A stretch of DNA of 64,000 bases from Eledone cirrhosa (GCA_964016885.1 OZ024743.1:145638001-145702000), one strand, 5' to 3'; counted from the first letter of the stretch, positions 1 to 14,554 are shown. The notes: generated from the letters alone by a model not told the origin. Numbers and translations: made by a program.

Positions 1-180
1 TCACTTGATCCACTAGAGAAAGCAGTCAAATTTCCCTCATATTACACCCACCATCTTAAAAAAAGGAGATATTGGATAATGCAGTCTCAGCTGCACTGAG
101 TCTAAGGGGAAAAGAGCAGATGGAATGCTTTTCATCCTTGCTCTACTCGACCAGTACTGACCTGGGCTAAACAACAACAT
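1..180 (+). repeat. Old interspersed repeat (SINE-like 3' part ending GCTAAACAACAAC)
   Basis: Motifs ..AGAAA(T/G)AGCAG.CAAAT.TCCCT, ..TTGGATAAT.., GGAATGC.TTT and a CAA tail. Diverged copies at about 1160-1340(-), 4395-4540, 4700-4890, 6180-6395(-), 28720-28890, 43920-44115(-), 52110-52300 and 63600-63790. Confidence 0.6.
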
Positions 181-794
181 CCCACTCAGGCAGAATTAGT
201 GGGACAGCCTAACCAAGACGATCCTTTCAAATACTGGTACGGTCCATTCAACAAGCTTCCATAGTTTCTGTCATCCTGGTGTTACACCCAAGGCTTGCTT
301 CAATATATGTACGCAGGTTGACTAGTGTACACCAGACCTACCAACTTCTAAAATCCCAAACGGGGAGTACTATGAAAAAGAATGCCTCAAAACGAGGAAA
401 AATGAGGAAAAATGGGGAGATGTTACATAATGAAAGCTATACCCATTTTCACAAGAGAAGGCATCTCTCATCCATCCCAAAGTGGGTGGAAAATCTCCCC
501 GTCGAACAAGGAGAGTTGACAGGTCTGGTACACACATACATACACACATAAACACAAAACAGATACAACCACACATATAAACAAACCTTACACACCACAC
601 ACCAGACACACTACACACACTACACACACCACACACACACACCACACCACACACCACACCACACACCATCACCATCACCACTACCATCACCACCACCACA
701 CCAACACACATACACACAAATATTCTCATGTCTTTTTTGCACCCACAGTAATAACATCAAAGCGTGCCATTTATTATTGTCATTAATGAAGATA

Positions 795-1150
795 ATTGTT
801 TCTACGTTAGGCACAAGGCCAGCAATTACCCAGTGTATTACTGGTACTTATTTTATCGACCCCGTAAGGATGAAAGGCAAAGTTAACCTCGGCGGGATTT
901 GAACTCAGAATGGCAAATGAAGATAATACAAGGCGATGGATTGGCAGAATCGTTGGAGTGTCGAACAAATATTTTGCAGTATTTGTTCTGGCTCTTTACC
1001 TTTTGAGTTCAAATGCCGCCAAGGTCAACTTCGCCTTTCATCCTTTCGGGGTCGATAAAATAAAGTACTAGTCGAATAGTGGGGTCTATTTAATCAACTC
1101 CACCCCCACCCTACAAAAAAATATGTTTACCTTATATATAAATCATTAAT
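795..1150. mobile_element. Two tRNA-derived SINE copies back to back (795-915 minus, 929-1150 plus)
   Basis: B-box GAGTTCAAAT and central GCCTTTCATCCTT(A/T)CGGGGTCGATAAAATAAAGTAC, shared with many copies in the window. Confidence 0.85.
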
Positions 1151-1456
1151 AAGGATAATAGTTTGGTTGTTTTTTACACCCCAGATAAAGCTGATCTATG
1201 ATCAAAGCCGTTGCAGCCATAACCGTCTCGTATTTGATATCAATGTCTAATTTATCAATGTCCAGTCGATTCTCCTTTATTTAAAACAACAGTGTGTAAT
1301 TTGGCTGATGATTTGGATGTTGTTTCTGTCAAGTCGGATGACTGCTTAAAGCGGGTTTGCCAGATCGGTTTCGTAAAAATGTTGGAAAAGTCTGCGGATT
1401 GTTAGAAAGTAGCCCAAAATGAAAATTTTGCAAATAAATTATATATACATGTGTGA

Positions 1457-1600
1457 AGGCGTGTGGCTGAGTGGTTAGAGAATTGGATTCGCAATCGTAA
1501 GGTTGTGAGTTCGATTCCTGGACCAGGCGATACGTTATGTCCTTGAGCAAGATACTTTATTTCAAGTTGCTCCTTCTACCTGCAGTTGCGACCGATAGAT
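1457..1600 (+). mobile_element. tRNA-derived CORE-type SINE
   Basis: A-box TGGCTGAGTGGTTAG, B-box GAGTTCGATTCC and CORE-like GTCCTTGAGCAAGATACTT. Confidence 0.75.
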
Positions 1601-1957
1601 AGTATTAGCAATTGGAAAGACCAACGGAAACATTGTTCCCTCGGTCCGATTTGACGAAAGTCGATCGTTCCTTTACATGTGTGTTAGAGCAGACATGTCA
1701 AACTGAGGGTCCCCCGAGGGTCACATGGGTCACATATGTGTTGTCTGAGGGCCACACATGACAACTAATTGCTCACATTACAACTAACCTTTTTTATTTT
1801 ATATTACGAAGATAAAGCATGCTCGCGCTGTAAAAACGGGCCACAGGTGTGCTTGTAAAGGGCCGCATGTCTGACATGCTTGTGTTAGATGGTACATGTA
1901 TGTGTGTTTTTAAGGATTGCTGTAGGTCGGTTCTAATTTACGTACTTCATAATTTAA

Positions 1958-2140
1958 TTGTTTCTACTTTTTTGGCACAAGGCCAGCAATTATCCCAGTA
2001 CATTACTGGTACTTTATTTTATCGACCCCGTAAGGATGAAAGGCAAAGTCAACCTCGGCGGGATTTGAACTCAGATCGTAAAGGGACGTAACTATGCTGG
2101 AAAGCATGGCGTCCGACCCTCTACCGATACTGCCAATCCA
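1958..2140 (-). mobile_element. Young ~185-bp tRNA-derived SINE, full length
   Basis: Reverse strand reads TGGATTGGCAGTATCGGTAGAG (A-box), GAGTTCAAATCC (B-box), then GGCCTTGTGCCAAAAAGTAGAAACAATT. Near-identical to 50162-50345. Confidence 0.9.
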
Positions 2141-2469
2141 ATGATATCCAGAAGGATTCTTACTTTTAAAAATTAAAATTTTAAAGTAGCAAATAACTCA
2201 AATTACACGAATAATAGCATGCAGTCTCAAAGAGTGGCATAATCAGCTATTTGTAGCCCAATCTGGAGTAGAGGCTCCTTTCTTAACTTGTTGGTAGGGC
2301 GAGGGCTTCTAATTTAAGCACAAGTGGTAGTTGAAAATATTGATGAGGCCTTGACTTGAGAAGGAAAACTCTCTCTCTCCTCGAGGCGTATCCCCCTCTG
2401 CCTTCTCATACTCATCATCGTCGTTTTCGTCCTCGTTACAATCATCATCATCATCATCATCACCGTCTT

Positions 2470-3032
2470 CCTCCTTTTCGTGGTGGTAACTGTGATGATG
2501 ATGATGTTTGCTGCGGTGCTCCTTTTCGTGGTGGTAACAGTAATGATGATGATGATGTTTGCTGCGGTGCTCCTTTTCGTGGTGGTAACAGTGATGATGA
2601 TGATGATGTTTGCTGCGGTGCTCCTTTTCGTGGTGGTAACAGTAATGATGATGATGATGTTTGCTGCGGTGCTCCTTTTCGTGGTGGTAACAGTGATGAT
2701 GATGATGATGTTTGCTGCGGTGCTCCTTTTCGTGGTGGTAACAGTGATGATGATGATGATGATGTTTGCTGCGGTGCTCCTTTTCGTGGTGGTAACAGTG
2801 ATGATGATGATGATGATGTTTGCTGCGGTGCTCCTTTTCGTGGTGGTAACAGTGATGATGATGATGATGATGTTTGCTGCGGTGCTCCTTTTCGTGGTGG
2901 TAACAGTGATGATGATGATGATGATGTTTGCTGCGGTGCTCCTTTTCGTGGTGGTAACAGTGATGATGATGATGATGTTTGCTGCGGTGCTCCTTTTCGT
3001 GGTGGTAACAGTGATGATGATGTTTGCTGCGG
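2470..3032. repeat. Minisatellite, about 11 units of mostly 51-54 bp with variable internal (GAT)n
   Basis: Unit CTCCTTTTCGTGGTGGTAACAGT(GAT)nGTTTGCTGCGGTG repeated in tandem. Confidence 0.95.
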
Positions 3033-3557
3033 TGGTTGTGATGAGTGGAAGAAATTGTTGTTTTTGTGTTGATGTTTGTAATGGCGCTGCTGATGATGGG
3101 GGGGGGGGGTATGGCTGGGATTATGAAGAGTAGAACGGTGGAGGAGGATGGTTGGCGTGGTGTTTTTGTTTTGTATTTGTATTTGAATGTATGGTATTTG
3201 TGTGTGTGTAGCATGTTTGTATGATTATGTGTTATAATCTTTTGAAAATATTTACGTGTAACATTTGTGTATGCCTGATGTAAAATTGTGTTTCAATGCG
3301 AGTGCATTTGTGTATGTGTGTGTGCCCGTGTGTGTAATGAATGTGTATGTGTGAATGTAGGTGAGTGTGTGTGCGCGTGTGTGTCTTTGTGCATTCCAAA
3401 ATATGTCCTCGTGAAATAAATACATGTTTTTTATTTATGTTGACCATGTGATAAATAAATTATCATCATCATAAACATCATTTCATGGTTTGAGAAATAT
3501 GAGAAACAAGAATTAAGACCATCTTGGAAAACATTCATAAAAATGTTCTATTATTAT

Positions 3558-4178
3558 TTGGCAGTATCTTTACAGTATCTTTACAGGCCCTTTACAGTCT
3601 GAGTTCAAATCCCGCCGAGGTTAACTTTGCCTTTCATCCTTACGGGGTGATAAAATAAAGTACCAGTAATGCACTGGTTATAGCTGGCCTTGTGCCAAAA
3701 GTAGAAACAATTATTATTATTAGATTTAAGATATGAGATAAAGAATCGAAATAATTTGTGGTGGATTGGCAGTATCAGTACAGCGTCAGACGCCATGCTC
3801 TGTAGCATAGAGTTATGGCCCTTTTCAAATCCCGATGAGGTTAACTTTGCCTTTCATCCTTAAGTGGTCGATAAAATAAAGTACCGGCAATGTACTGAGG
3901 TCGATTTAATCGATTTCCCCTTCCCCAAAATTGTTGGCCTTGTGCCTAAAGTAGAAACAATTATTGTTTACGGCTCTGGGGGCGGTGGATTGGCAATATC
4001 GGTAGACCGTTGGACAACATGCTTTGCTGCATAGAGTTAAGGACCTTTACGTTCTGAGTTCAAATACCGCCAAGGTTAGCTTTGCCTTTCATCCTTACGG
4101 GGTCGATAAAAAAAAACACCAGTAATACACTGGGATAATTGCTGGCCTTGTGCCAAAAGTAGAAACGTTATTATTATT
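3558..4178 (+). mobile_element. Three head-to-tail SINE copies
   Basis: Three successive TGGCAGTATC / TTCAAAT / CTTTCATCCTT / GTAGAAAC units at about 3558, 3760 and 3984. Confidence 0.85.
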
Positions 4179-5355
4179 ATTGTTGTTGCTGTTGTTGTTG
4201 CCATTAATTTTGTTTATTTATAAAACTTCAATACAAAAATCCATCTCACATATTGGGAGAGGCCCTAAAAAGTATTTAAAAGAAAAGAAAAACCTGAGGA
4301 AACACCATAAGACAGTTAATGTCAGAAACAACGACGACAACGACGACAACGACGACAACGACGACGCTGAGTGAACCTATACAAGGGTTGCTCAAGCTGC
4401 TTAGAAATAGCAGACAAATCTTTCGAATAACACACCTTTAAAATAGAAAAAACTGCGAAGGACGTGTTGGATAATTTAGTTCTAAATCCACTATACCTGA
4501 AAAAAAAACGGAATATTCACAGCTGGAATGTCTTCAAAATATACGTCTAGCAACAAATGCTACAAGTATAAGACAAACACCATAACTAGTAACTCAATTT
4601 ACTACCCACACCAACATCACACTCATTATCATCATCGCCATCGTGTTAAAATAACAGCAACAACGACAGTAACAATATCGATTCAACAAGGCAGTCGAGT
4701 GCCCATTTGTCTTGCTAGAAATAGCAGCCACATTTCCTTAAATCATACCCTACAGTATTAAATAAGAAAAAAGACACATTAGATAATTTAGTATACTACA
4801 TACCCATAAAGATGGGATCGTCACAGCTGGAATGCCTTTGATTATAGGCCTGCCCGATCAAGGCAGGGTCAGAGCTAAACAATATCAACTGCTAATACCA
4901 TTTGTAGACGTTATCCTAAATGTGTGTTGGAGACGAAGAAAAAGTGATTGCTTTTTAAATCTAACGAAGCTGTTGAAAGATGGCTGCTCGATATCCCAAA
5001 TTAAGGCATGTATGTTGGAACAATTCTGCTATTGCATGACTGCTAGTATTATTGGTCGATAAAATAAAGTACCAGTAATACACTGTGCCTAAAGTAGAAA
5101 CAATTATTATATTAGTGATCAGTTAGTAAGCAAGAAACGTCAAAAGCCTCATACGAACCCCATCGTCAAATAAATGGTAGCGCTTTTCTCTGTGACAACA
5201 TTGACTGACCACGTCTGTATGAAATATTAGGGGTCAGTCCTGGATCGTCGGACATCAAATGTAAAAATACACCACATACATAAATACATACAGACATGAA
5301 TAGGCACACACACATATATGATATGAGTGTGCAATGTGGGCAAATATGTATATAT

Positions 5356-5439
<84 letters not shown>

Positions 5440-6433
5440 TTGTGTGTAAATATGTAGTATATGTATAAACTGCTGCTGCTGAAACGCAGAGGAACGCAAG
5501 AGAAGGGTGTGATGTCGAATGAATAACTGGGAAGTTGGTATTAAGTTATAATAGATGGTGGGGGCCTGAAGTAGAAAAAGTGCCGGGGGGGGGGGGGAGA
5601 GGTTAGGTAAAGATTCTACCCTCTGATTGGTAGTGGTGTTGATGCTTGTGGTGTTGGTAGTAGCGGAGGCGGCGGCAGCGGCGGCGGCGTGGCTCTGGCA
5701 GTAGTGCTGATAGTGCCGGGTGCTGCCAGTAATTATGGTATTTGTGGTGTCGATGGCGTCGTTGGAATTGAAGTGGTGATAGAATGAGAGGAGGGGGGGA
5801 TATTTGCAATGATGGTGGTATCCGTGGCGGTGGTTATATTTTTAATAGTCGTGAGGTTTAGGCAGTGATGTTAAAATTGAGGTAACAGCGGATGGTGGGA
5901 GTAAGGGAGAGAGAGGGGGGGGTCGTTGCTTTGGTATTGCAAAATGTTTGAAGTTGTGGTGATTTTGATAGCAGTGGTGTTGCTGTGGACGTTGTTTAGC
6001 CGTAGTCATCCCCGATCTAACAGACCTATGGTAGTGGCGTTGATGTCGATGGTGCTGGTGGTGATAGTAATGGCAATGTCAGCTGCAGATGGTGATGCTG
6101 GCAGTGATGGATCCATGTAGTGTGTTGCCATGAATAGTGAGATTTAGTTTTAAAAGGTTATTTTGACGTTGTTATTGTGGTTGATGTTTAGCCCAATTCA
6201 GCACTGATCCGGCAGACATTTTATAAAAAGCATTCCAACCATTATCATCCCACCACATTGTTTCTTTTTTTTTTTTTTTTTTTTTTTACCCGGACTGTAT
6301 TATTCAGTTTTTTTTAGATAGACTGAAGTGTCCGCTCCGAGTGATACTTAGCTACTATTTTTAGTAGGTCGAATGACTACATAGAGACTCTCTCGTTAAC
6401 TCGAGTTTTCAAAATTTGGCAATAATGGTAGGA

Positions 6434-6574
6434 TAATGATGATGATGGTGGTGATGATGATGATGATGATGATGGTGGTGGTGATGATGGTGATGATGAT
6501 GATGATGATGATGGTGATGATGGTGGTGATGATAATGATGATGGTGGTGGTGATGATAATGATGATGGTGGTGG

Positions 6575-6606
<32 letters not shown>

Positions 6607-7121
6607 ATGATGATGGTGATGATGATGATGAGGAGGAGGAGAAGGAAGAGAGGAGGAAGGGCAGGGTGGGGTGTTGCCGGTAAGGTGGAGGAGCTGAGTT
6701 TTAGGTAGGACACGGGGAAGGTATGAGATTGCTTACTGAGGATGCTAAGTAGTAATCTAGAAGTAAATCATGGGTGTTATGATGAGGGAAAGGCGGTGGG
6801 TGAGGGGGGAAGAGAACTTATTCAGAATGGCAGACCTGAATTAGTGACTGTTGAAGAAGGCAACAAACGCTGATGTTGTTGAGTCTGTTAAATACTGACA
6901 AGGAAGCTGGGTAGAAGTTTGCTTGTTGCTTCGTTTGTTGGTTTAGGGATGGGGGTGGAGGTATTAGTAATATTTTTACTTTTGTCATGTATATATTTTG
7001 TTCTTTTAAATAAGGGTGGTGGTGGTGGTGGTGGTGGAGAAGGAGGTGGGAGAAGAAGAAGAAGAAGAAGAAGAAGAAGAAGAAGAAGAAGAAGAAGAAG
7101 AAGAAGAAGAAGAAGAAGAAG

Positions 7122-7159
<38 letters not shown>

Positions 7160-7160
7160 G
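6434..7160. repeat. Trinucleotide microsatellites (GAT/GGT, GAA, CAA)
   Basis: Directly visible at 6434-6630 and 7015-7158. Confidence 0.95.
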
Positions 7161-7957
7161 AAACAATCTGAATTACAGGGAGGAAAGAAAAAGTGAAAGA
7201 AGGAAGGGAATACGGAAGCAAGAGAAAGGGGAATAACAAGGGAACGAGAAAGAAGGGGAAAAGATAGAAAGGGAAAGAAAGAAGAAAGAAACAATAAAGG
7301 AAGGAAGGGAAAACGAAAATGAAAAAAAACAAAGTTTTATGTTTTTTTTAAGGGGGCGAAACTATTTCGGGTAACTTATGTATTAAGAATTATGCCAGTT
7401 TGGTGGTGAGGGTGGTGGTAAGATAGTATGTGGTGGTGGGTACTTTCTGACAGCTTTCCAGAGTTTCTTTACGTGGCTGTCTACATTTGGCACAATCATT
7501 AGAGTCATCATACTACATACCTTATGGAAACCTTTTTCTTTCTGTTTTCGTGTTTCTTTTGAATGACGACGCCCTTAGTTATTCATCATAAGTTACGATA
7601 CACCTAGTTAAGCAGACTTCATTCTGTTGGAGAATTGATGTCTAGAGGTTTTTAGTTAATTATGTTTGTTTTTTTTATTATTAATATTAATCTAAAATTT
7701 GTTTTGCTGTTTTAATTTGATTTTTTATGGGTTGTCTCGGAATTGTTAGTAAGCCAAGCAACATCGTCAGCGTGCAGAGGAGAAACATGTATATCAAACT
7801 GTTGGTCTTCCATAAAAAGGAAAACATTTTGCCCAGGCCTGCGCTTCATAGCGGAATTTTCCTTGTGCAGAGCAGTGGTGAAGGGTGACTTGGAAAACAG
7901 GACATGCAGTCCATGATGCAAACCAATTACCATAGCGGAAAGTGAGGCTGCAGAGAC

Positions 7958-8048
7958 CTTCTTCTTCTTCTTCTTCTTCTTCTTGAGAAAGTCGTGGGAA
8001 AAGAGTCCTCAAACACTCCCTCCAACGGGTCTCTAACTGATCCGGCTG
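7958..8048 (-). mobile_element. RTE LINE extreme 3' end with (GAA)n tail, nested in the hAT
   Basis: WRECLRTLFPR plus (GAA)n; the same end occurs at 41721-41830 and 51860-51978. Confidence 0.75.
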
Positions 8049-8291
8049 GAAAATTTCCCCCGCTCCCATTTGTGAATGTGATATAAGCTAATTTTAATGT
8101 GGGAAAATGCACTTCTACCAACAGGCCACGGTTCGGGCTTGATACTCCTCTCCACTGGACTTCATGTCCTCCCGTTAATAACACCCTGGTGATAGGCCTG
8201 CCATGATGACCCTTATTGGCTACGAGAGAAATCTGAGAAAATAATAAAACCAACAAATAATGAAAAATATAAAATTTATTTGTAAATCAGT

Positions 8292-10295
8292 TCAATTCCT
8301 TTTGGCAAATTCATCGATCACTTTGCTATAAAATGTATCAACACCACGCTCTACCTTCAATTTCTTCAAAATCTCTTTATTTTGAGAACACGATCTTTCA
8401 CAAAAGACAGATGTGACAAGTATGATCAGAATCAAACGTAGTAATTTGTATACTTCTGCCAGAGTTTGATTTAGTTCAAGTATTATGTCTGCGACTTCTT
8501 GGATGTTTAACGCTTGCTTTGCAAAATCTGCAGCATAAACTGATTTCATCTCGCATATCAATCCAAAAGGTTTATATAAACGCCTAAAGATGAAAACGCT
8601 TCGATTGGAATTTTTTTTTCTTTTCGTAAGCGTGAAAAAGCTTTGGATTCAACAATTCAACAAATCTGAACTCTCCCATTATTTTAAATTTATGCTCAAC
8701 GTGAAGAATATCTTCATCCAAAATGTTGTTACAGCAAGTTCTTGAATTAGCTTCTGATTCTTGATATCGACCACACCTATCTGGTGGGTTAGCATCACCA
8801 TCCAGAACTCGGCAGTGAAATTCCTCAAACTTGTTCTTGATATCAGCCAATTGTTTCTTGAAAATTTCAACCTCACAAATTTATCTCGAAATATCAAGCG
8901 AACTTTTTTTGAAGAATTGAAAACAGAATTTCTGAGCCACTCAATATGGTTTCAAAAACCACTACAATCTTCTAGGATTGCAATGCATCGCCTTGAATTC
9001 TGAAGCACTTTTAATATTTTTAAAAATAGCTCAGAAAATACCATCATTTTGTTGGATAAAATGGATATTTGTCGAAATGAATAATTCGAATAGGTCTCAT
9101 GTAATTTTGAAAATCTCCTGCCAGTAAATTTATCCAGTAGTGCTATTCAAGCCGTCAACTTAGAGAAAAAGTTGAAATTCCTTTTAAAGTTTGGAAGAAA
9201 ATTCGTCATTCACGAAAACTTGAAGTTGATTAGGAGAGTACCAAATTAAGTGAATCTGCATAAAAATGTACAAATATGATGTTCGCACCAAAAATTTCCT
9301 TTAATTCTTGCTTGCACTCGGTTTCAGTGCCCAGTCTTCACGCTCGCTCCATCATAAATTTATGCAATCAATTTTTGGCCATGGTTGAATTAATTAACAA
9401 TTTTTTTAATTTCTTCTGTCAGCAATGCAGCTCTTCTATCTTTACTGACACCGATGTATCCCCAAAACCTTCTTGAGGTTTCCTTATCATCCACAAATCG
9501 CAAAACGCGTGAGATTTGAATTCGAAGATCCGTAGTCTCATCAAATATAACAGCAACAAATGATGTTTTTTTTATCATTGCTTTAATTTCACCTTCAATT
9601 GTAGCAGCTATACAATTAATGATCTCGTTTTGAATATCACTTGAAAGTCCAGAAAATGTGCAGTTAGCATTTTTCTTCATAAAATCTAAATGCGATCTTA
9701 AACAATCATTGTATTCTGCTACTGCTTCACGTATAGCCAGAAAATTACTCTTATTGTTTGATTCTTCTGTTTCATCATGTCCTCGAAATGGTAATTCGTG
9801 ACAGGCTAAAATTTCAATACAATGAATTAACCTTTTCAAAATATCACGATTTCTCTCGACTAATCTATTATGCAACTGAATTGAAGCTGCTTTCCAGTGG
9901 TCGATCACTGTATCAATTCGTTGTCGACCAAACGTTTTTAGTGTAATTACGGAATTCAGATGGTTACGAAATGTTTTGTATTTGTCAAATCTGTAATTAA
10001 ATTGTTCAAATCGCAGTAACCGGTGGTTGCCCGTATGTTCTTATGTTGACAAAATAACAGAGAAGAGAAACAAAACAATTTGTTCAGAATGGGACATCCA
10101 TTCATACTGTTCGTAATACTTGGAATTAAAATAACGATAACATTCCTTGCTGCCCAATTTGGTTTTGATTTTCAGTTCAAGCTTTGGTTTCTCTCTTCTG
10201 AGAATGATAATATTTTTCTTCTCATTAAAGCTTCTTGTCGCAAAGGATCGAGAAAGTAGAGAGCAAACTGATCTAATTGACTCTTTTGCCATCAT
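8292..10295 (-). pseudogene. Frameshifted hAT transposase (ZMYM1/ZNF862-like, DUF4371 plus hATC dimerisation domain)
   Basis: Motifs LPFRGHDE..NFL, SSDIQNEII, VIFDETTD and C-terminal LVTSVFCERSCS, spread over broken ORFs 10041-10295, 9390-9908, 8584-8897 and 8292-8561. Confidence 0.88.
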
Positions 10296-11929
10296 GTGGG
10301 TGAATGAAAACGTGAAATATGTTACTGGGATATAACGTTTTAAAATGAATCGAAGCTTTATTCTAACAAAGAAAATTATCTGCTAGTTTAACTTTTTACG
10401 TAACTCTTTTTTAAACAATTTTAAATATCTAAAATTAAATTTTAAAGCATTGGAATGGATAAATGGATGAAAACTTTACCTTTTTAATCACAAAAAAATA
10501 AACTCTTCCGGCTACTCCTTTTCTCTCCAAGTGTGAACTGGTCAAAAAGAAAATTCTGACTGAATCTGGGTATTAAAAGCAGTAAAAATGGAACTTTTGA
10601 TGTTACATTAGGTTCACCAAACGTTCCGTATATACTCCGAAATATCGAGTAATTGCACGAAATAAACCAGAATCAACAATGAAACAAACTTGCAAATTGA
10701 CTAAATACCCATTTCTCATCTAAATCTGTCCGAATATGCAACTGTTTGATCTCAGCTGCACGAGGCAATAACAACATCATTGCTTCGCTTCGGCTGGTAA
10801 TCAAGCAAAAACATTCTGCTTTTCTTTGTCTATCTCTCTCTTACCTCAATTGCTCTCTGCTCAATAGAAAAAAAAACTAGTATATTAACGAAACTAACAC
10901 CATTGCCTTTTCTTATGATAAATGGAAGAAAAACAAAACAAATCTGCTTTTCTTTGCCCATATCTTACCTCCCATTCCTTTGCTCAAAGGGGGTAGAACA
11001 GGAAAGCAATTAATTCAGTTTTGTATACTGTTCTTACTAAGCAAACGGGAGCTTTCTTAAATGATATCACTTGTTTTCAATTTATCCTAAGAAATGAAGG
11101 AACGAAATATACAAAAAAGAATATCACGAGTACAACGAGGATAGTAAAAATCATCAATAATTAGTTTTATATTACACAAACATTATTTATCCTGGTAAAG
11201 GGTATGATATGCATTGCGTGCGTTGCATACATACCCTTCGCCCCTGGTGCAGAGCCATGATCCCACGAAACATACGGAGACCCATTCCCCTATTGCTTGG
11301 TCAGAGGAGGAAGTACAGTGACGCAGCTCACACGAGCCTTTTACCTGGCCTTCAACGAAGACTGATGGAGACGGGGAAAAACCAAGAGGAAATTATAACT
11401 AGTAAAAGAGCATAGAATCAAGAAACTTGGTCCGAATACTTGTAACAAATTGGACTCCGTTAGTCTTTGTTGAACAACGACTATATTTTTTTATCATTAA
11501 TTGGGTGGTTGATTTAGAAAATCGCTAGAGCGTCTAGAAAAAATGCCTTGCAGTATTTAGTCACGTTCCCTTATATTCTTAGCTCGAGACCAGCCGAGTT
11601 TGACTGTGTAGTTCATCCTTCCGGCGATCATTAAATAAGTACCAGTTAAGTTGATCTATTCGACTATACACTTCCCCCACTATGTAAGACCTTATACAGA
11701 TGTTAGAAATGATAATTATTTATCGACTATGAAGCGGAAATACCCTGCATTCAGGCCTATTTAATGTTCAAATTCATGTCATACAGCTCTCAAAATACTC
11801 CTATTTATCCTATTTAACATAAAAAATTACATTCTTAAAGCAGACATGTTTACGTGACTAATAAGATCGCTTCACAAACAAGTGGTTCCGGCTTCGATCC
11901 TACTGTGCAGCGCTTTGGTCTTCAACACT

Positions 11930-13200
11930 TTCTACACTTACATGCCTAAAAATATATCTAAACAAGCTGGATAGTTTTTCCTCCTGTTGTCTCAAATCTG
12001 TAGAGTACAATCCAACCTAGACTTAACACATCATCTCTCCTAACACACACAAACAAAACAACCTACCCTCTCCGAGACACAAATCTCTCATCCCTTATGG
12101 TTTCCAGGTGTCCTGGCTAGATTATTTACACAAATTTTACGCCGAATTAGTGGAGTCCGCGAATATATAGATTCCATCCTCCATGCCATTCACCTCTGTC
12201 ACTTGTATATCAGCAATATAGATCTCCCGTAACTCTGGTTTAAAGTCACCCTTCATCACTCATCCAAATACTTCCACTACTCTCTCTGAACTCCTTCTAC
12301 CAGCAACAACTTTTCGACCATATCACTTTTTGCATCGAAGATATATATCTCATTTTATTCCCCTCTGTAGTCATTTTCCCCGTTGACTTCAATGTTCTCA
12401 ATTCATTTTTATTGTAGCAATCATCCCATACTGATGTAGGAACTGAATTTTTCGCAATCCTTAACCCTATATCTCAATTCGTTTCATCCCTTACACGCAT
12501 CTCTGACTGACACACCGACACTCCAAACAACCTTGATCTCTTCTTCACATCTAACCCCAACATCTACCAAACCATCGCCACTTCTGTCTCCTTATCGGGT
12601 CATACGACCGTTGGCTTATGGCGATTACCTGTCATACATCCTTATACTACGCAACGTCACCCTCTCCGACAACCGGTCGATATAGTGTTATAGTACAAAT
12701 CAGTTGACTGGCTGGAACTCCACCAGTTCTATGGTAATTATCTCTGACAGCACATCAGAAACATATGCATGACCAAAACCATTTTCTTAGGAATGTCCTT
12801 TCACTTCCCACACCCAACAAAGATTCAACTGCCAAAGTCCCTCAAATGATTCACCAATACATGCACTAAAGCATTTCAAACAATTAACAAGCTGTAGAAC
12901 TCTACAAACTAAGACGTTTTTACCCAGTACCATAACTTCTGCTGGACCGTCATCCGAACCACGAATAATTCTCCCGTGGATTGGCACAGCCTTCAAGCCC
13001 TCTCGTCTCACAAATTGCAGCCGACCATTTGGGTCTCTTGTTAAAAAATCGCTACCAGCTTTGCGTAGTCCGCCATCCCTTCAATTCATAACTATATTGG
13101 CTTTGTAAGAAGTACTGCCGCGGAGAAAATTTCCATATTTTCTGCTCGCTTCAAAACTATCCATTTGCACTTCACCGGGTTTGCCATCATACACACATAT
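11930..13200 (+). mobile_element. Highly decayed CR1/Jockey-like LINE endonuclease region
   Basis: Relics of APE motifs: LSETQI (~12070), DFNV (~12385) and LDLFFTSNP (~12532). Confidence 0.5.
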
Positions 13201-13309
13201 TCGTCAAATGCGAAAATACTTCCGGATACTTTAATCTCTCTCTCTTTCTCTCTTTCTCTCTTTCTCTCTTTCTCTCTCTCTCTTTCTTTCTCTCTCATTC
13301 CCTCTGTCT

Positions 13310-13474
13310 CTGTGTTTACGCCGTAACAGCAGCAAGAAAACTGGCGCGATCAAGCTCAAACTTGAGTCACGTGACCACAATAGTACCAACTATAAGCACG
13401 CATGAGCAGAAAACAATGTGAAAATCCTAAAGATATGTTATGGCAGAGTGCAGATAATTTTTTACTTACCCTCG
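13310..13474 (-). mobile_element. Tc1/mariner terminal fragment
   Basis: Reverse strand begins TA|CGAGGGTAAGTAAAAAATTATCTGCAC, a mariner-type TIR after a TA. No partner end is seen. Confidence 0.5.
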
Positions 13475-13477
13475 TAC

Positions 13478-14005
<528 letters not shown>

Positions 14006-14364
14006 TCACCCAAGCTGGCAGACGTCAAAAGTTATTTCTAAGCTTGAGAAGTGGGGAGGAGCAGCGATTTGATGCCAGTTTCAACCAAAACGAAGGTAGT
14101 TATTTTTCCGCCATAGAGATAAGAAGTAAATACGTGAATGTATGTAAAGAGTGGGGTTTGCATTCTGTGTAACAGGGTCGGCGGTAGATAAACATTTGGT
14201 AGGAAGTTCTGAAGATGAACTAACTAACTCAATTTCAGTGTATATTAAGTGATAGAAAGACACAACCCAATTTCTGACTTTCAGAACGGATGTAGCTGGC
14301 TGACAGCATGACCCCTAGCTAGACTTTCGTTATCAAGTCATAGAATTCCCATTCATACTTTTAC

Positions 14365-14418
<54 letters not shown>

Positions 14419-14554
14419 AAAAATTGAACGGGAACAAAACAGAGAGGCAGTACGAACAAAGGTTTATTAGTTTCACGCTCTTGAGAGTGGGGTGGTGATA
14501 TATATATATATATATAATATATAAGATCAAAAGATGGTTAAAGGAGTTCCATGT

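Larger units (their letters stand above)
7873..11246 (-). mobile_element. Full-length decayed hAT DNA transposon with 8-bp TSD
   Basis: TIRs CAGTGGTGAAGGGT (7873) and revcomp CAGGGGCGAAGGGT (ending 11246). Perfect TSD GTGCAGAG at 7865-7872 and 11247-11254. Confidence 0.9.

Noticed and set aside
2470-3032. CRISPR-like regular repeats
   Set aside because: Intervening parts are just (GAT)n rather than unique spacers; the context is eukaryotic with no cas genes.
2309-3214. 301-aa His-rich ORF and overlapping 238-aa and 217-aa ORFs
   Set aside because: Minisatellite units are multiples of 3 and open in several frames on both strands, with no unique coding flanks. This is a repeat artefact.
7351-7367. 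AGGGGGCGAAAC as the left hAT TIR
   Set aside because: No matching TSD; 7873 gives a better TIR and a perfect 8-bp TSD.
13363-13375. Overlapping AP-1 (TGAGTCA) and CLEAR/E-box (GTCACGTGAC) motifs
   Set aside because: They lie within a probable mariner subterminal fragment, and no promoter context is visible.
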